Shown here piece by piece: positions 1 through 10,126 of a stretch of 42,936 nucleotides of DNA. The DNA is from Gallionellaceae bacterium (GTDB taxonomy: Bacteria > Pseudomonadota > Gammaproteobacteria > Burkholderiales > Gallionellaceae). The notes beneath the pieces were generated by a model that worked only from the letters and a program-made list of their open reading frames with translations, was not told the DNA's origin and did not search any database. The stretch is taken from contig JBAZYW010000002.1 in assembly GCA_041659125.1 (NCBI GenBank), positions 1-42,936 of the forward strand. Direction: 5' to 3'. The first letter of the stretch is position 1. Every line of letters begins with the position of its first letter. Made by a program: the position numbers and the translations under genes.

Positions 1-2
1 GG

Positions 3-2696
3 GGCCCACCCGCCACTAACACCACGCTGACTCAACCCGTACTCACGGAACGCTGCTACAACACCGCTGGCACCCCTAGCTCAGTGCCGTGCACGTCCTC
101 CGAGACTCGGGTTCGCCGAGTAACGAACACCCCACCAAATTGGGCCACAGGCGGCAACAAAGGCTGGAAAGTCGCCTTGCCCATAGGTGGTGAGCGTGTG
201 GTGGGTGAAGGTAGCTTCATATCCAGCGGACGCTATTACTTCACCACCTACAACCCGACCATCAGCTACCTCGTGCCCAACACCACTACCTATGTCTGGG
301 GAGAAAACTGGCAGATGGCGTTGGAATCCGTGACGGGTGGCAGCACTGACCCGTTCATGGATTTGGACGGCAGCGGCACTATTACCGTCAATGACAGGAT
401 TAAATATACCGCCACGGATGCCGAAGTCGTCGCTGGCACCCAAACAGTGAACACCGCGATTATCACTCCCAACGTGGATGGTATTGAAGTCGGCAAGTGG
501 GTGGCTCGCGGCGTGCAATCGCAGCCAACTTTGGTGAAATTGACCGCACTCTTCACCACCTTGTTCAATACCAATCCGGATGTGACTTTCCCGCCTGCTG
601 CGCCAGTAGGGACAGGTGTGTCCGGAGGACACTTCGATGAAGATATATTTTTCGGTGCTGTCACCGCCAGCGCGCGTGCCACCGCCACCATCACGGTCAG
701 CAGTACCGGCAACACCTTGCCAGCTACGCTGGGCGGCATACAGGTGGATGGAGTGAGCATCGTGCCCGCTTTGACGGTCAGCGACATCACCAACGGATCG
801 GCAACTGCCACCAATGCCAGCACTATCAAGAACAAAGTGTCCAGCAGCACTTACACCGCCACCGTGTCGGGTAGCACTATTACCCTCACGGCTCCAGCGG
901 GCACCGGCTACAACGGCAAGGTGGTCACCATACTCGCTGGCACCTCATCCGGCACTCCGGGTACAGCGGGCACTTATCCCACGGGACTGATCACATTCGC
1001 TGGTAGCGGCACTACGAGTAGCAGCAACAGTGCCAAGATCAATAATGACTTAACAGGTAGCAAGTCCCTAATAGTGGGCGGCTACAGTTATGGCAGCTCT
1101 ATCACCATCGGCAAGAACAAAACTCCGTCCGACGCGGCCAGTGCTCTCGTTAATGCCATCACCACTGCTGGCACCGTTAAAGCCTACATCGGCGGTGACA
1201 CCGTTACACCGACCTGCGCGGCACAATCGAGCAATGTCGTTTGTTTGGTGGACACCTCGACTTATAGCGATCAAGCGATATCCATCGGTTCACCAAATTC
1301 CAGATGGGGCTCGGTGACTTACGCCGCTAGCGCCACCACCACAGGTGGTGCCGCAGGCACCGCAGGCACGGGTTGGAGCGATCTGGCACCTGCACTTTCC
1401 ACAACCAACTTCAGCGGCGGCACGGATGGCAGCACCGCCGGTGATACGTGCACTTCGGGATGCACAAAGGACACGCACGTTCACCAATACGACGATAAAT
1501 ATGACGTCACCGGTGTAAACATGCTGAATGCCAGCACAACCTCGTTTAACCTTGATCGGGCCATACCCAGCACCTCGCAAAATTTCAAGGTCATCCTGCA
1601 AAACCAGTATTTAAACCCGGCGGTAAAGTTACACATCGGCGATGCAAGCTACTTGCCGAATGTGGATTTCGGTTATGTCAGTATCAAAAATTACACCACA
1701 GGCGCCACGCTGGATGTGGCGACCTTACCCACGTATAACCGCAATCCAGCTTCTACTGGCGATGGATTGACCACAGGTGCTAAATATATAGGCAGCTTGG
1801 CCATCAATATGCCGATCGATGCCTTAACTGCCAAGAACTGGTGGGGCAACGGTGACGTGCGCGTCGGTCTTATCCCCACTACCCCTGGCTGTGTCTATCA
1901 GGCTGCTGGTTCGACTGACGGTAATATGTACAAACCCGTCAGGGCACCTGCCAATGATGCTGTGCTAGATTATCCTCTGGATGGGCCGGGAACTTTGGGT
2001 TACTCCGGTGCCACCACCCCTGCGACGGCAACCGGTGTGCGTCACGGCGGCGCATTGACCGTGCAGATTATTAGGGATACCACGCCCAACAGCGCACTTG
2101 AACTCAACGATCATTTAAGCCGTCCCGAGTACGGCTGGCGCGTCAAATCGGCGCTGTACAGCACCTACGTGTTGGCGGAGTACATCACCTACTGGCACCA
2201 CCCGAATGGCTTGTGTTTTAATTCTACGGGTTGGACAAAAACACCCGGCCCGGATAACGGTAGCAGTACCGCCTCCGCTCCGGCGGCGGGTTCCACCGAT
2301 CCAAAAATCGGCAATTTGAGCGGTACGGGTGGCACGGTTACCAGCGTAGTCCCAGCGGGGGACACCATCACCATCACTTATGTCGATGGCTCTAGAGACA
2401 TCATCCAGCGTATCGTGAATGCGGATGGCACAGTCACCACGATCACCATCCATATTCCTGCTGGCGTAAGCGGCACACCCACAACTACCCCGAATGCGGA
2501 TAAAACCGTGACGGTCACGGTTGCCGGGGTCAGCGGCACAGTTGCCTCCGGCGGCTCCGCCACGCTAAGCAACGGCGCGATTATCGGCGCTGTCACTACG
2601 GCCAATACAGCCGGCAGTAGCGGCAGTGGCGGCCTGCTCAATCAAAATGCGATTGGGTATAGACGCATATTCTGGAAAGAACTGATTAGAGACTAA
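3..2696 (+). CDS. pilY1: PilY1/PilC-like type IV pilus tip-associated adhesin, C-terminal part (5' end lies outside the window)
   Basis: The frame is open from nt 3, with no stop upstream of the GTG at 84. The GWKVALP..GERVVGEG..YFTTYNP block, the EF-hand-like loop DLDGSGTITVND (nt 360-395) and the terminal GYRRIFWKELIRD resemble the PilY1/PilC C-terminal domain. A pilin gene follows directly. Confidence 0.65.
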   Translation, partial: GPPATNTTLTQPVLTERCYNTAGTPSSVPCTSSETRVRRVTNTPPNWATGGNKGWKVALPIGGERVVGEGSFISSGRYYFTTYNPTISYLVPNTTTYVWGENWQMALESVTGGSTDPFMDLDGSGTITVNDRIKYTATDAEVVAGTQTVNTAIITPNVDGIEVGKWVARGVQSQPTLVKLTALFTTLFNTNPDVTFPPAAPVGTGVSGGHFDEDIFFGAVTASARATATITVSSTGNTLPATLGGIQVDGVSIVPALTVSDITNGSATATNASTIKNKVSSSTYTATVSGSTITLTAPAGTGYNGKVVTILAGTSSGTPGTAGTYPTGLITFAGSGTTSSSNSAKINNDLTGSKSLIVGGYSYGSSITIGKNKTPSDAASALVNAITTAGTVKAYIGGDTVTPTCAAQSSNVVCLVDTSTYSDQAISIGSPNSRWGSVTYAASATTTGGAAGTAGTGWSDLAPALSTTNFSGGTDGSTAGDTCTSGCTKDTHVHQYDDKYDVTGVNMLNASTTSFNLDRAIPSTSQNFKVILQNQYLNPAVKLHIGDASYLPNVDFGYVSIKNYTTGATLDVATLPTYNRNPASTGDGLTTGAKYIGSLAINMPIDALTAKNWWGNGDVRVGLIPTTPGCVYQAAGSTDGNMYKPVRAPANDAVLDYPLDGPGTLGYSGATTPATATGVRHGGALTVQIIRDTTPNSALELNDHLSRPEYGWRVKSALYSTYVLAEYITYWHHPNGLCFNSTGWTKTPGPDNGSSTASAPAAGSTDPKIGNLSGTGGTVTSVVPAGDTITITYVDGSRDIIQRIVNADGTVTTITIHIPAGVSGTPTTTPNADKTVTVTVAGVSGTVASGGSATLSNGAIIGAVTTANTAGSSGSGGLLNQNAIGYRRIFWKELIRD

Positions 2697-2700
2697 CGCA

Positions 2701-2737
2701 AACAGTGTGCTACCAATTTCGGGAGTGGCACACTGTT
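2701..2737 (+). promoter_or_regulatory. Stem-loop between pilY1 and the pilin gene (possible attenuator, processing or stability element)
   Basis: AACAGTGTGC (2701-2710) is the perfect reverse complement of GCACACTGTT (2728-2737). The stem extends by about 3 more pairs including one G-U. No U-run follows. Confidence 0.35.
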
Positions 2738-2756
2738 CATTTACCAAGGAGCAGCA

Positions 2757-3215
2757 ATGAAATCTCACCGTAACAATGGCTTTACCTTAATTGAGTTGAT
2801 GATCGTCGTCGCCATCATCGGCATCCTCGCCGCCATCGCCGTGCCTAACTACAGCGCCTATATAGTCAGAAGCTCACGCGCAGCGGCGCAGACGGAACTA
2901 CTGCAACTGGCCAGCCTGCAGGAAAAAATTTATCTCAATTCGAATGCTTACACACCAAACATCACGGGCATTTATGACGGTACCGCTGCTGCAAATAACG
3001 CTGCCGCAGCGGGAGGCTTGAACAGGCCCGCCGGACCAACAGCAGGTTGCGGTTTAACAGATGACGGCAAGTACGAACTCTGTCTTAATATCACCGCCCC
3101 CAGTCAAACCTATACGCTTACAGCCACTCCCGTCGCGACTAAAACGCAAGTGGGCGATGGCAATATTTCTATTAGCGAAAATGGTAAACGCCTGTGGGGC
3201 GCGGTAACTTGGTAA
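2757..3215 (+). CDS. pilE: Type IV pilin, PilE-like (prepilin with N-terminal methylation motif)
   Basis: Leader MKSHRNNG followed by FTLIELMIVVAIIGILAAIAVPNY, the class III signal peptide and conserved hydrophobic alpha1-N. C-terminal Cys pair (CGLTDDGKYELC). AAGGAG-like RBS upstream. Position after pilY1 matches the minor pilin operon. Confidence 0.85.
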   Translation: MKSHRNNGFTLIELMIVVAIIGILAAIAVPNYSAYIVRSSRAAAQTELLQLASLQEKIYLNSNAYTPNITGIYDGTAAANNAAAAGGLNRPAGPTAGCGLTDDGKYELCLNITAPSQTYTLTATPVATKTQVGDGNISISENGKRLWGAVTW

Positions 3216-3241
3216 TAAGACCGCAAATATTGCAAGCTAAC

Positions 3242-3266
3242 AAAAAGCCCGCAATGCGGGCTTTTT
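3242..3266. terminator. Bidirectional rho-independent terminator between pilE (+) and ppc (-)
   Basis: AAAAAGCCCGC-AAT-GCGGGCTTTTT is a perfect hairpin flanked by an A-run and a T-run. It lies between two convergent stop codons. Confidence 0.75.
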
Positions 3267-3267
3267 G

Positions 3268-6096
3268 TTAGCCGCTATTCCTCAACCCCGCCGCAATGCC
3301 GTTGATGGTCAGATGGATCGCACGCTTCACCTTTTCGTTGTCGTCCCCGGCGCGGTGGCGGTGCAGCAAGGCCACTTGCAGGTGATTGAGCGGGTCGATG
3401 TAGGGCGTGCGCGTGGTCAGGCTGCGCGCGAGCGTCGGGTTATCTTCCAGCAGCGTCGATGCGCCGGTGATGGCGAACAGCATATCGACGGTGCGTTGCC
3501 ACTCCGCCTCGATCTCGCCGAATATCTTCGCGCGCAAAGCTTCATCCTGCACCAGCTCGGCGTAGCGCGAGGCGATACCCATGTCGGTCTTGGACAGCAC
3601 CATGTCCATATTGGAAAGCAAGCCTCTGAAGAATGCCCAGTTCTGGTTCATCGCTTGCAGTTGCTTGAGTCCGGCCTCGCCTTCGCGCTCGATGAACTGC
3701 TGTGCAGCGCTGCCGAAACCGTACCAGCCCGGCAGGATGGCGCGGTTCAGGCTCCAGCTGAACACCCAGGGGATCGCGCGCAGATCTTCAATATTGTCCG
3801 TTGCCTTGCGCGATGAAGGACGGCTGCCGATATTGAGTTCGGCGATCTCGCGGATCGGCGTGGCGGCAAAGAAATACTCGGTGAATCCTGGTGTTTCGTA
3901 CACCAGTTTGCGGTATGCGGAGAACGCGTTGCCGCTCAAATCTTCCATGATGCGGTGAAATTCCGGCATGGTGGAATCGTCGCCGTGGTGATGCACCAGC
4001 GTGGCTTCCAAAGTCGCCGCGATGAGGATTTCCAGATTGCGCCGACCGATCTCAGGGTCGGAATATTTGCTGGAAATAACTTCACCCTGTTCGGTGATGC
4101 GTATCTGCGCGTTCACGCTGCCCGGCGGTTGCGCCAAGATCGCCTGATAGCTGGGGCCGCCGCCGCGACCGACTGTGCCGCCGCGACCGTGGAACAGGCG
4201 CAGTTCAACGCCGTGCTTTGCGAACACTTTCACCAACTCGACTTCGGCTTTGTACAGCTCCCAATTGGCGGTGAGATAACCGCCGTCCTTGTTGCTGTCG
4301 GAATAGCCCAGCATCACTTCCTGCGTGTTGCCCCGGCTTTGCAGCAGTTCGCGATAGAAAGGTATGCCGAACAATTCGTCCATGATCGGACCGCAGCCCT
4401 GCAAGTCGGCGATAGTCTCGAACAGCGGAATGATATTGAGGTGCAGCGCCGGTGTTTTGCCCACTTCCAGCAGGCCGGTCTGTTGCACGATCAGCGCCAC
4501 TTCCAACAGATCGCTGACGGCGTCGGCCTTGGAGATGATGTAGTTGGGCAGTGCCGCGCGGCCGAAACGTTGATGTATCTCGGCTGCCGCTTGCATCAGA
4601 TGCAACTCGCCGCGCACGGTCTCGGTGAATGCGTCCACATCGGTTGCCAGCGGCTTGCTGGCTTGCAGCGCTGCCAGCAGCGTTTTGCGGCGGGCAGCCT
4701 CATCCAGCGTGGCGTAAGTTATACCCTGCGCAGCGAGCAGTCCGCTCACGACCTGCTCGTGGATAGCGCTGTGCTGGCGCATGTCGATCGGCGCCAGATG
4801 AAAGCCGAACACTTGCGCCGCACGGCGCAGATCGGCCATGCGTCCGCGCGCCAGATAGGTCGCGTGGTGATGTTCCAGCGAATGGATAACGATATCGAGA
4901 TCGGCGATGAACTCATCGACCACCGCATACGGCTGAACGGCTTTGCTCACCGGATGCAGATGGCTGACGCGATGGCCGAGCTTTTCGGTGGTGGCAACCA
5001 AGCGCGCATAAATCGCGATCAACGCGCGACGATAAGGCTCGTCTTCGCGGCTCACCGCTTTGTCGGGCGAACTGGCGGCGAACGCTTCCAGCTCGGCGCT
5101 CACCTCCACCAGCCGGACGGACAGGCTCAAACGCGAACTCAACAACTCGGTCTCGGCCAAATAATATTCCAGCGCAGTAGCGGAATGACGTTCTGCCGCA
5201 TCCAGCATCACCTTATGCGTGACAAACGGATTGCCGTCGCGGTCGCCGCCTATCCAGCTCCCCACACGCAGGAAAGGCGGCAGGTTCAGGCGCTGGCCGA
5301 AGCGTGCCTCGATCTGCTTTTCCAGTCCGCCGTACAGCTTGGGTATCTCTTTGAGGAAGGTGTAGTCGTAGAACGTCAAGCCGTTCTTCACTTCGTCCTG
5401 CACCGTCAATTTGGAAGTGCGCAACATGCGCGTGTGCCACAAGATCAGCACGAAACGATGCAATGCGTCTTCGTTGTCAGCCAACTCTTCCGGCGTCATG
5501 TCGAGACGGTCTCTATCCGCCAGCAAACTGGAGATGACCAGCTGGCAATTCAGAATGCTCTTACGCTGCACCTCCGTCGGATGCGCGGTCAGCACCGGCG
5601 ATATCAATGCCTTGTTGAAAAATTCCTGTAATGCGGCGGCATCGACATTTTTTTCTTTAGCCCGATCCAGCGCCAATTGCATGCTGCCCTCTTGCGGCGG
5701 GGAGCCCGCTTTCAAATGTGCGCGGCGGCGGCGATTGTGGTGCAGGTCTTCGGCGATATTGGAAAGCTGCGAGAAATAGCTGAATGCACGCACGACGGCC
5801 AGAGTCTCGTCGGGCGAAAGCGCATCCAATACGCCTTCAAGCTGGTCGCGATCGCGGTCATCCTGCGTTTTGCGAAAGCGCACCGCAGTGCGGCGCACAT
5901 TTTCGATCAGCGCAAAAGTCTCTTCGCCTTCCTGCTCGCGCAGGGTATCGCCGAGAATACGGCCAAGCAGACGGATGTCGTCGCGTAACGGCACATCCTT
6001 ACTGGATATGTCAGCGGGGGCAGCAAGCAGGTTCATGACGTTCTTCTTCAACATAGGGTCAACGCGCACATTCAGGCTCATGTTAGAATGAGCCAT
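3268..6096 (-). CDS. ppc: Phosphoenolpyruvate carboxylase
   Basis: A 942-aa ORF with [21 protein letters not shown] and [14 protein letters not shown] motifs and the C-terminal LRNSG typical of Ppc. The start is uncertain: in-frame ATGs at 6081, 6054 and 6036 would remove the overlap with hemC. Confidence 0.95.
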   Translation of the reverse strand: MAHSNMSLNVRVDPMLKKNVMNLLAAPADISSKDVPLRDDIRLLGRILGDTLREQEGEETFALIENVRRTAVRFRKTQDDRDRDQLEGVLDALSPDETLAVVRAFSYFSQLSNIAEDLHHNRRRRAHLKAGSPPQEGSMQLALDRAKEKNVDAAALQEFFNKALISPVLTAHPTEVQRKSILNCQLVISSLLADRDRLDMTPEELADNEDALHRFVLILWHTRMLRTSKLTVQDEVKNGLTFYDYTFLKEIPKLYGGLEKQIEARFGQRLNLPPFLRVGSWIGGDRDGNPFVTHKVMLDAAERHSATALEYYLAETELLSSRLSLSVRLVEVSAELEAFAASSPDKAVSREDEPYRRALIAIYARLVATTEKLGHRVSHLHPVSKAVQPYAVVDEFIADLDIVIHSLEHHHATYLARGRMADLRRAAQVFGFHLAPIDMRQHSAIHEQVVSGLLAAQGITYATLDEAARRKTLLAALQASKPLATDVDAFTETVRGELHLMQAAAEIHQRFGRAALPNYIISKADAVSDLLEVALIVQQTGLLEVGKTPALHLNIIPLFETIADLQGCGPIMDELFGIPFYRELLQSRGNTQEVMLGYSDSNKDGGYLTANWELYKAEVELVKVFAKHGVELRLFHGRGGTVGRGGGPSYQAILAQPPGSVNAQIRITEQGEVISSKYSDPEIGRRNLEILIAATLEATLVHHHGDDSTMPEFHRIMEDLSGNAFSAYRKLVYETPGFTEYFFAATPIREIAELNIGSRPSSRKATDNIEDLRAIPWVFSWSLNRAILPGWYGFGSAAQQFIEREGEAGLKQLQAMNQNWAFFRGLLSNMDMVLSKTDMGIASRYAELVQDEALRAKIFGEIEAEWQRTVDMLFAITGASTLLEDNPTLARSLTTRTPYIDPLNHLQVALLHRHRAGDDNEKVKRAIHLTINGIAAGLRNSG

Positions 6097-6129
6097 AAAT
6101 TATCAACAAATAATCATTCAGGAAAAGCA

Positions 6130-7080
6130 ATGAATCAGGCATCCCAGACGACACCCGCACCCAAAAAACTGGTCATCGCATCGCGCGAAAGCGCATTGGC
6201 AATGTGGCAGGCTGAACACATCAGGGATCGACTGCGCGCATTATATCCGCAAACCGAGGTGAGTATATTGGGCATGACCACCCAAGGCGACCAAATTCTC
6301 GACGTGACGCTTTCCAAGATCGGCGGTAAAGGCTTGTTCGTCAAAGAGTTGGAAACCGCGCTGGAGAACGGCAGCGCCGATATCGCCGTGCATTCGCTGA
6401 AAGACGTGCCGATGCATTTGCCTGAGGGCTTCGTGCTGGCCTGCATCGGCAAACGCGAAGACCCGCGCGACGCCTTCGTTTCCAACCATCATGCCCATCT
6501 GGAAGCCTTGCCTGCGGGCAGCGTGGTCGGCACTTCCAGCCTGCGCCGCGAAAGCCAGCTGCGCGCACGCTTCCCGCATTTGAAGATAGAGCCGTTGCGC
6601 GGCAACGTGCAAACGCGTTTGCGCAAGCTGGATGAAGGCCAATATGCCGCGATCATTCTGGCCGCCGCAGGCTTGAAGCGCCTGGGTCTGGGCGAGCGCA
6701 TCCGCGCGTTCATCTCCAGCGAAGACAGCCTGCCCGCCGTGGGACAAGGCGCCCTAGGCATCGAAACCCGCGCCGACCGCCCCGATCTGGAAGTTTTACT
6801 GCGTCCGCTGCACGATGCGGAAACCGCCGCCTGTGTATTCGCCGAACGCGCCATGAGCCGTGCATTGGCAGGTAGCTGCCAAGTGCCGCTGGGCGGCTTT
6901 GCGGAAGTGCAGGGTGACAAGTTGCGCATGCGCGGTTTTGTCGCCAGCCCCGATGGCAGCAAGATGCTGCGCGCCGAACAAACCGGCAGCATCGCCGCAG
7001 CAGAAGCTCTCGGCGACGCTGTAGCGCAAGCGCTGCTCAAGCAAGGCGCAGGCGAAATTTTAGCCGCTTTGAATGACTGA
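6130..7080 (+). CDS. hemC: Porphobilinogen deaminase (hydroxymethylbilane synthase)
   Basis: [25 protein letters not shown] and [11 protein letters not shown] motifs. I chose the ATG at 6130 (AGGAAAAG upstream) over the ORF-track start at 6088, which overlaps ppc. Confidence 0.93.
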   Translation: MNQASQTTPAPKKLVIASRESALAMWQAEHIRDRLRALYPQTEVSILGMTTQGDQILDVTLSKIGGKGLFVKELETALENGSADIAVHSLKDVPMHLPEGFVLACIGKREDPRDAFVSNHHAHLEALPAGSVVGTSSLRRESQLRARFPHLKIEPLRGNVQTRLRKLDEGQYAAIILAAAGLKRLGLGERIRAFISSEDSLPAVGQGALGIETRADRPDLEVLLRPLHDAETAACVFAERAMSRALAGSCQVPLGGFAEVQGDKLRMRGFVASPDGSKMLRAEQTGSIAAAEALGDAVAQALLKQGAGEILAALND

Positions 7081-7855
7081 CACCCCGCTTGCCGGACTCA
7101 ACATCGTGGTTACACGCCCGCGCGAGCAGGCGGCGCAGTTGCAGCAGCACATAGAGCAGCTGGGCGGTAACGCGGTATTGTTGCCGCTACTCGACATCAG
7201 TCCGCCGATTGATACGCAAGCTTTGCGCAATCTGGTCGCCCGTCTGCCCGAATTCGACCTCGCTATTTTCATCAGCCCCAATGCGGTGCATTACGGCATG
7301 GCTGAGATTGTAGCGACAGGCGGTATACCGTCCGGATTGCGCATCGCCACCGTGGGACAAGGCAGCGCCAAAGCATTGCGCGATGCAGGCATGCAAGATG
7401 TCATTGCGCCGCAAGACCGCTTCGACAGCGAAGCCTTGCTGGCGTTGCCGCAATTACAAAACGTGCATAGTTGGAAGATCGTAATCTTTCGCGGCGACGG
7501 GGGGCGCGAGCTGCTGGGCGACACGCTTAAAGCGCGCGGCGCTGAAGTAGAATACGCCACCTGTTATCAGCGCAGCAAAACACAACAAAATCTCAGCGCC
7601 CTGTTGGACATCAAACCGGACGCCATCACGTTGAGCAGCAGTGAAGCGTTGGGCTATCTCTGGGAGGCGCTCGATGAAACCGGCAGAAAGCAAATGGCGG
7701 GTGTGCCGCTTTTTGTGCCGCATGCCCGCATCGCGGCGGCAGCTCAACAACAAGGCTGGCGAGATGTCATACAGACGGCAGGCGGGGATGACGGAGTCGT
7801 GTCCGGTTTGGTAGCATGGTCGAAAGCAAAATCTAGCATCGGAAAACATTTATGA
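7073..7855 (+). CDS. hemD: Uroporphyrinogen-III synthase
   Basis: A 260-aa ORF overlapping the hemC stop. The [13 protein letters not shown]-terminus is typical of HemD, and it sits in a hemCDXY arrangement. Confidence 0.85.
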   Translation: MTDTPLAGLNIVVTRPREQAAQLQQHIEQLGGNAVLLPLLDISPPIDTQALRNLVARLPEFDLAIFISPNAVHYGMAEIVATGGIPSGLRIATVGQGSAKALRDAGMQDVIAPQDRFDSEALLALPQLQNVHSWKIVIFRGDGGRELLGDTLKARGAEVEYATCYQRSKTQQNLSALLDIKPDAITLSSSEALGYLWEALDETGRKQMAGVPLFVPHARIAAAAQQQGWRDVIQTAGGDDGVVSGLVAWSKAKSSIGKHL

Positions 7856-8951
7856 GCGAGCAACCACAGTCTCATCAGCAACCCGCCCAAAATAAAACCG
7901 GAACAGATTCGGGTACGTTCCGCGCCATGCTGCGCACCCCCGGCCACAACCCCTTGGTGAACCTGATCTCGCATCTGAACATCACGCAGATGACGCTGGC
8001 CGTGCTGGTGGTGGTCTTCGTGTGGCAGTGGTTCGATGCGCATTACCAGATCAATCAGGTGCAGCAGGAACTGGCCAAACGTCTGGCAGAAATGGATGGC
8101 ACAACAAGGCCAACCAGACCTTGGTTACCCAGAATCAGGAGGTCGTGCGCGAACTCGGCGGCAAGCTCAGCCTGCTGGAAAGCAAATATGCCGAGGCGCA
8201 AAATCAGCGCGCCGCGCTGGAGACACTGTATCAGGAGATGTCGAGCAGCCGCGACCAGACCGCACTCGCCGAAGTCGAGCAGATGCTGATGATCGCCGGG
8301 CAGCAGTTGCAGCTCTCTGCCAATGTAAAAGCCGCATTGATCGCCATACAACACGCCGATAGCCGTTTGCAGCGTCTGGATCGCCCGGCATTGGGGGGCC
8401 TGCGCAAGTCGATCAATCAAGACATCGACAAATTGCGCGCACTACCCAACATCGACACGGCAGGCATCAATCTGCGCATCGATAGCCTGATTACAGCCGT
8501 CGACACCTTGCCGCTGTCGCAGGACATACGCGCGCAAGAGAATAAACCTCTACCCGTCCCCGTCATCGCGGAAAGCGCGTGGAATAGATTCTGGCGCGAA
8601 TTATGGCTGGAGACAAAACAACTGGTGCGCATCGAAAACACGCAAAAACGCGAACTGCCATTGTTGTCGCCGACCCAGACTTTCTTCCTGAGAGAAAATC
8701 TAAAGATACGTCTGCTCTCTGCCAGACTGGCCTTGTTGTCGCACGACGAAGTGAGCTACAAGCGCGACCTGAAGACCGCCCAAGAGTGGACCGGAATCTA
8801 TTTCGACACGCGCTCCAGAGAAGGCGCCCAAGCACAGGCGACATTGCAGAAACTCGCCGCTTCCAACATCAACATCGAGCTTCCCGATATCAGCGCCAGC
8901 CTCGAAGCCGTGCGCAACTACCGCATCTCACACGAAAAGGCCGCGCGATGA
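7852..8951 (+). pseudogene. hemX: hemX-like membrane protein gene (HemX / uroporphyrinogen-III C-methyltransferase-like), interrupted by a frameshift near 8098-8103
   Basis: The N-terminal part with its TM helix (LAVLVVVFVWQWF...QQELAKRLAEMDG) is in frame 1 (7852-~8100). The coiled-coil and C-terminal part (NKANQTLVTQNQEVVRELGGKLSLLESKY...) continues in frame 3 to 8951. Frame 1 beyond 8100 becomes Arg/Cys/Ser-rich nonsense. Confidence 0.7.
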
Positions 8952-10126
8952 AATCCCTCGTCTGGTTGCTGGCACTGTTCGCCGCCGCAGTGGCACTGAC
9001 GCTTGCCGCGCACAATCCCGGTTACGTGCAGCTGGTTTATCCGCCTTACCGCATCGAGCTGTCGCTCACTCTGTTCGTGCTGTCTTTGCTGGGGTTGTTC
9101 GTGCTGGGCTATATGGTCGTGCGCCTGCTGCTTGCGGCTTTGCGTCTGCCCGCTTATGTGCACGCTTTCCGTGAAGAGCGGGCGCAAAGCAAAGGTCGCG
9201 CAGCCATGATGGAGGCATTGACCGCCTTTTTCGAGGGGCGCTACGCGGCCGCAGAAAAAGCCGCCGTGCATTCCATGGATCTGGGCGAAAAATCCGGATT
9301 AAATCCCATCGTCGCGGCGCGCGCCGCCCATGAACTGCGCGAGTTCGACAAACGCGATGCCTATCTCGCCGATGCCGAGAACAAGACCATAGGCGAAGCG
9401 ACCATGCGCCTGATGGCAAAAACCGAATTTCAGCTCGACCAAAAGCAACCCCAGTCGGCATTAAGCTCGCTAAAAGAGTTGAGCGGCGCGGGTATAAACA
9501 AACACGTCGGCGCACTGACTCTGGAACTCAAAGCGCAACAACAAGCGCGCAACTGGGATGCCGTGCTCGACCTCGCGACGCAACTGGAAAAACGCCATGC
9601 CATCGACGCGACTCTGTCGATACAAATGCGCCAGCAAGCCTGGCTGGAAAAGCTACGCACGCCAACGCACGACATCGCTTCCCTGCGCGACTTATGGAAA
9701 GCCATGCCGGGCGAATTCAAACGCCGCCCCAAAATCGCCGCCACCGCCGCACAAGCGTTCTTGAAATTGCATGATGCCGTCAGTGCAGGCAAATTACTGG
9801 TAGAGAGTCTGAATGCGCAATGGGATAGCGACCTCGTCACTCTGTACGGCGACTGCCATAGCGATGATGTCGTGGCGCAAATCGACCAGGCCGAGCGCTG
9901 GCTGAAGATACACACCGACGATGCCGGCTTGTTGCTGGCACTGGGCAAGCTATGCCTGCATCAGGGCCTGTGGGGCAAAGCGCAAAACTATCTGGACGCC
10001 AGTATCAGCCTGCACCCCAGCCGCGAGGCGTATACCTCGCTGGGGCAGCTGGCAGAAAAACTAGAGAAGAAGGAAGACGCGTTCAATTATTACCATCTCG
10101 CGATGGAGCTGAAAGACGGCAAATAA
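8948..10126 (+). CDS. hemY: HemY-like membrane protein (TPR-containing, heme biosynthesis-associated)
   Basis: The ATG at 8948 overlaps the hemX stop (ATGA). Two N-terminal TM helices (MKSLVWLLALFAAAVALTLAAH..., LTLFVLSLLGLFVLGYMVV) followed by a TPR-like C-terminus. Position after hemX. Confidence 0.85.
   Translation: MKSLVWLLALFAAAVALTLAAHNPGYVQLVYPPYRIELSLTLFVLSLLGLFVLGYMVVRLLLAALRLPAYVHAFREERAQSKGRAAMMEALTAFFEGRYAAAEKAAVHSMDLGEKSGLNPIVAARAAHELREFDKRDAYLADAENKTIGEATMRLMAKTEFQLDQKQPQSALSSLKELSGAGINKHVGALTLELKAQQQARNWDAVLDLATQLEKRHAIDATLSIQMRQQAWLEKLRTPTHDIASLRDLWKAMPGEFKRRPKIAATAAQAFLKLHDAVSAGKLLVESLNAQWDSDLVTLYGDCHSDDVVAQIDQAERWLKIHTDDAGLLLALGKLCLHQGLWGKAQNYLDASISLHPSREAYTSLGQLAEKLEKKEDAFNYYHLAMELKDGK

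Noticed and set aside
3955-5631. 558-aa ORF on the plus strand inside ppc
   Set aside because: It is antisense to an unambiguous PEP carboxylase gene. Its composition is Arg/Ala/His/Gln-rich with no recognisable motif, which is the typical open antisense frame of GC-rich DNA.
8603-8947. Upstream extension of the hemY ORF
   Set aside because: It lies inside hemX in another frame and is Arg/Pro-rich nonsense. The HemY N-terminal TM helix starts at the ATG at 8948, coupled to the hemX stop.
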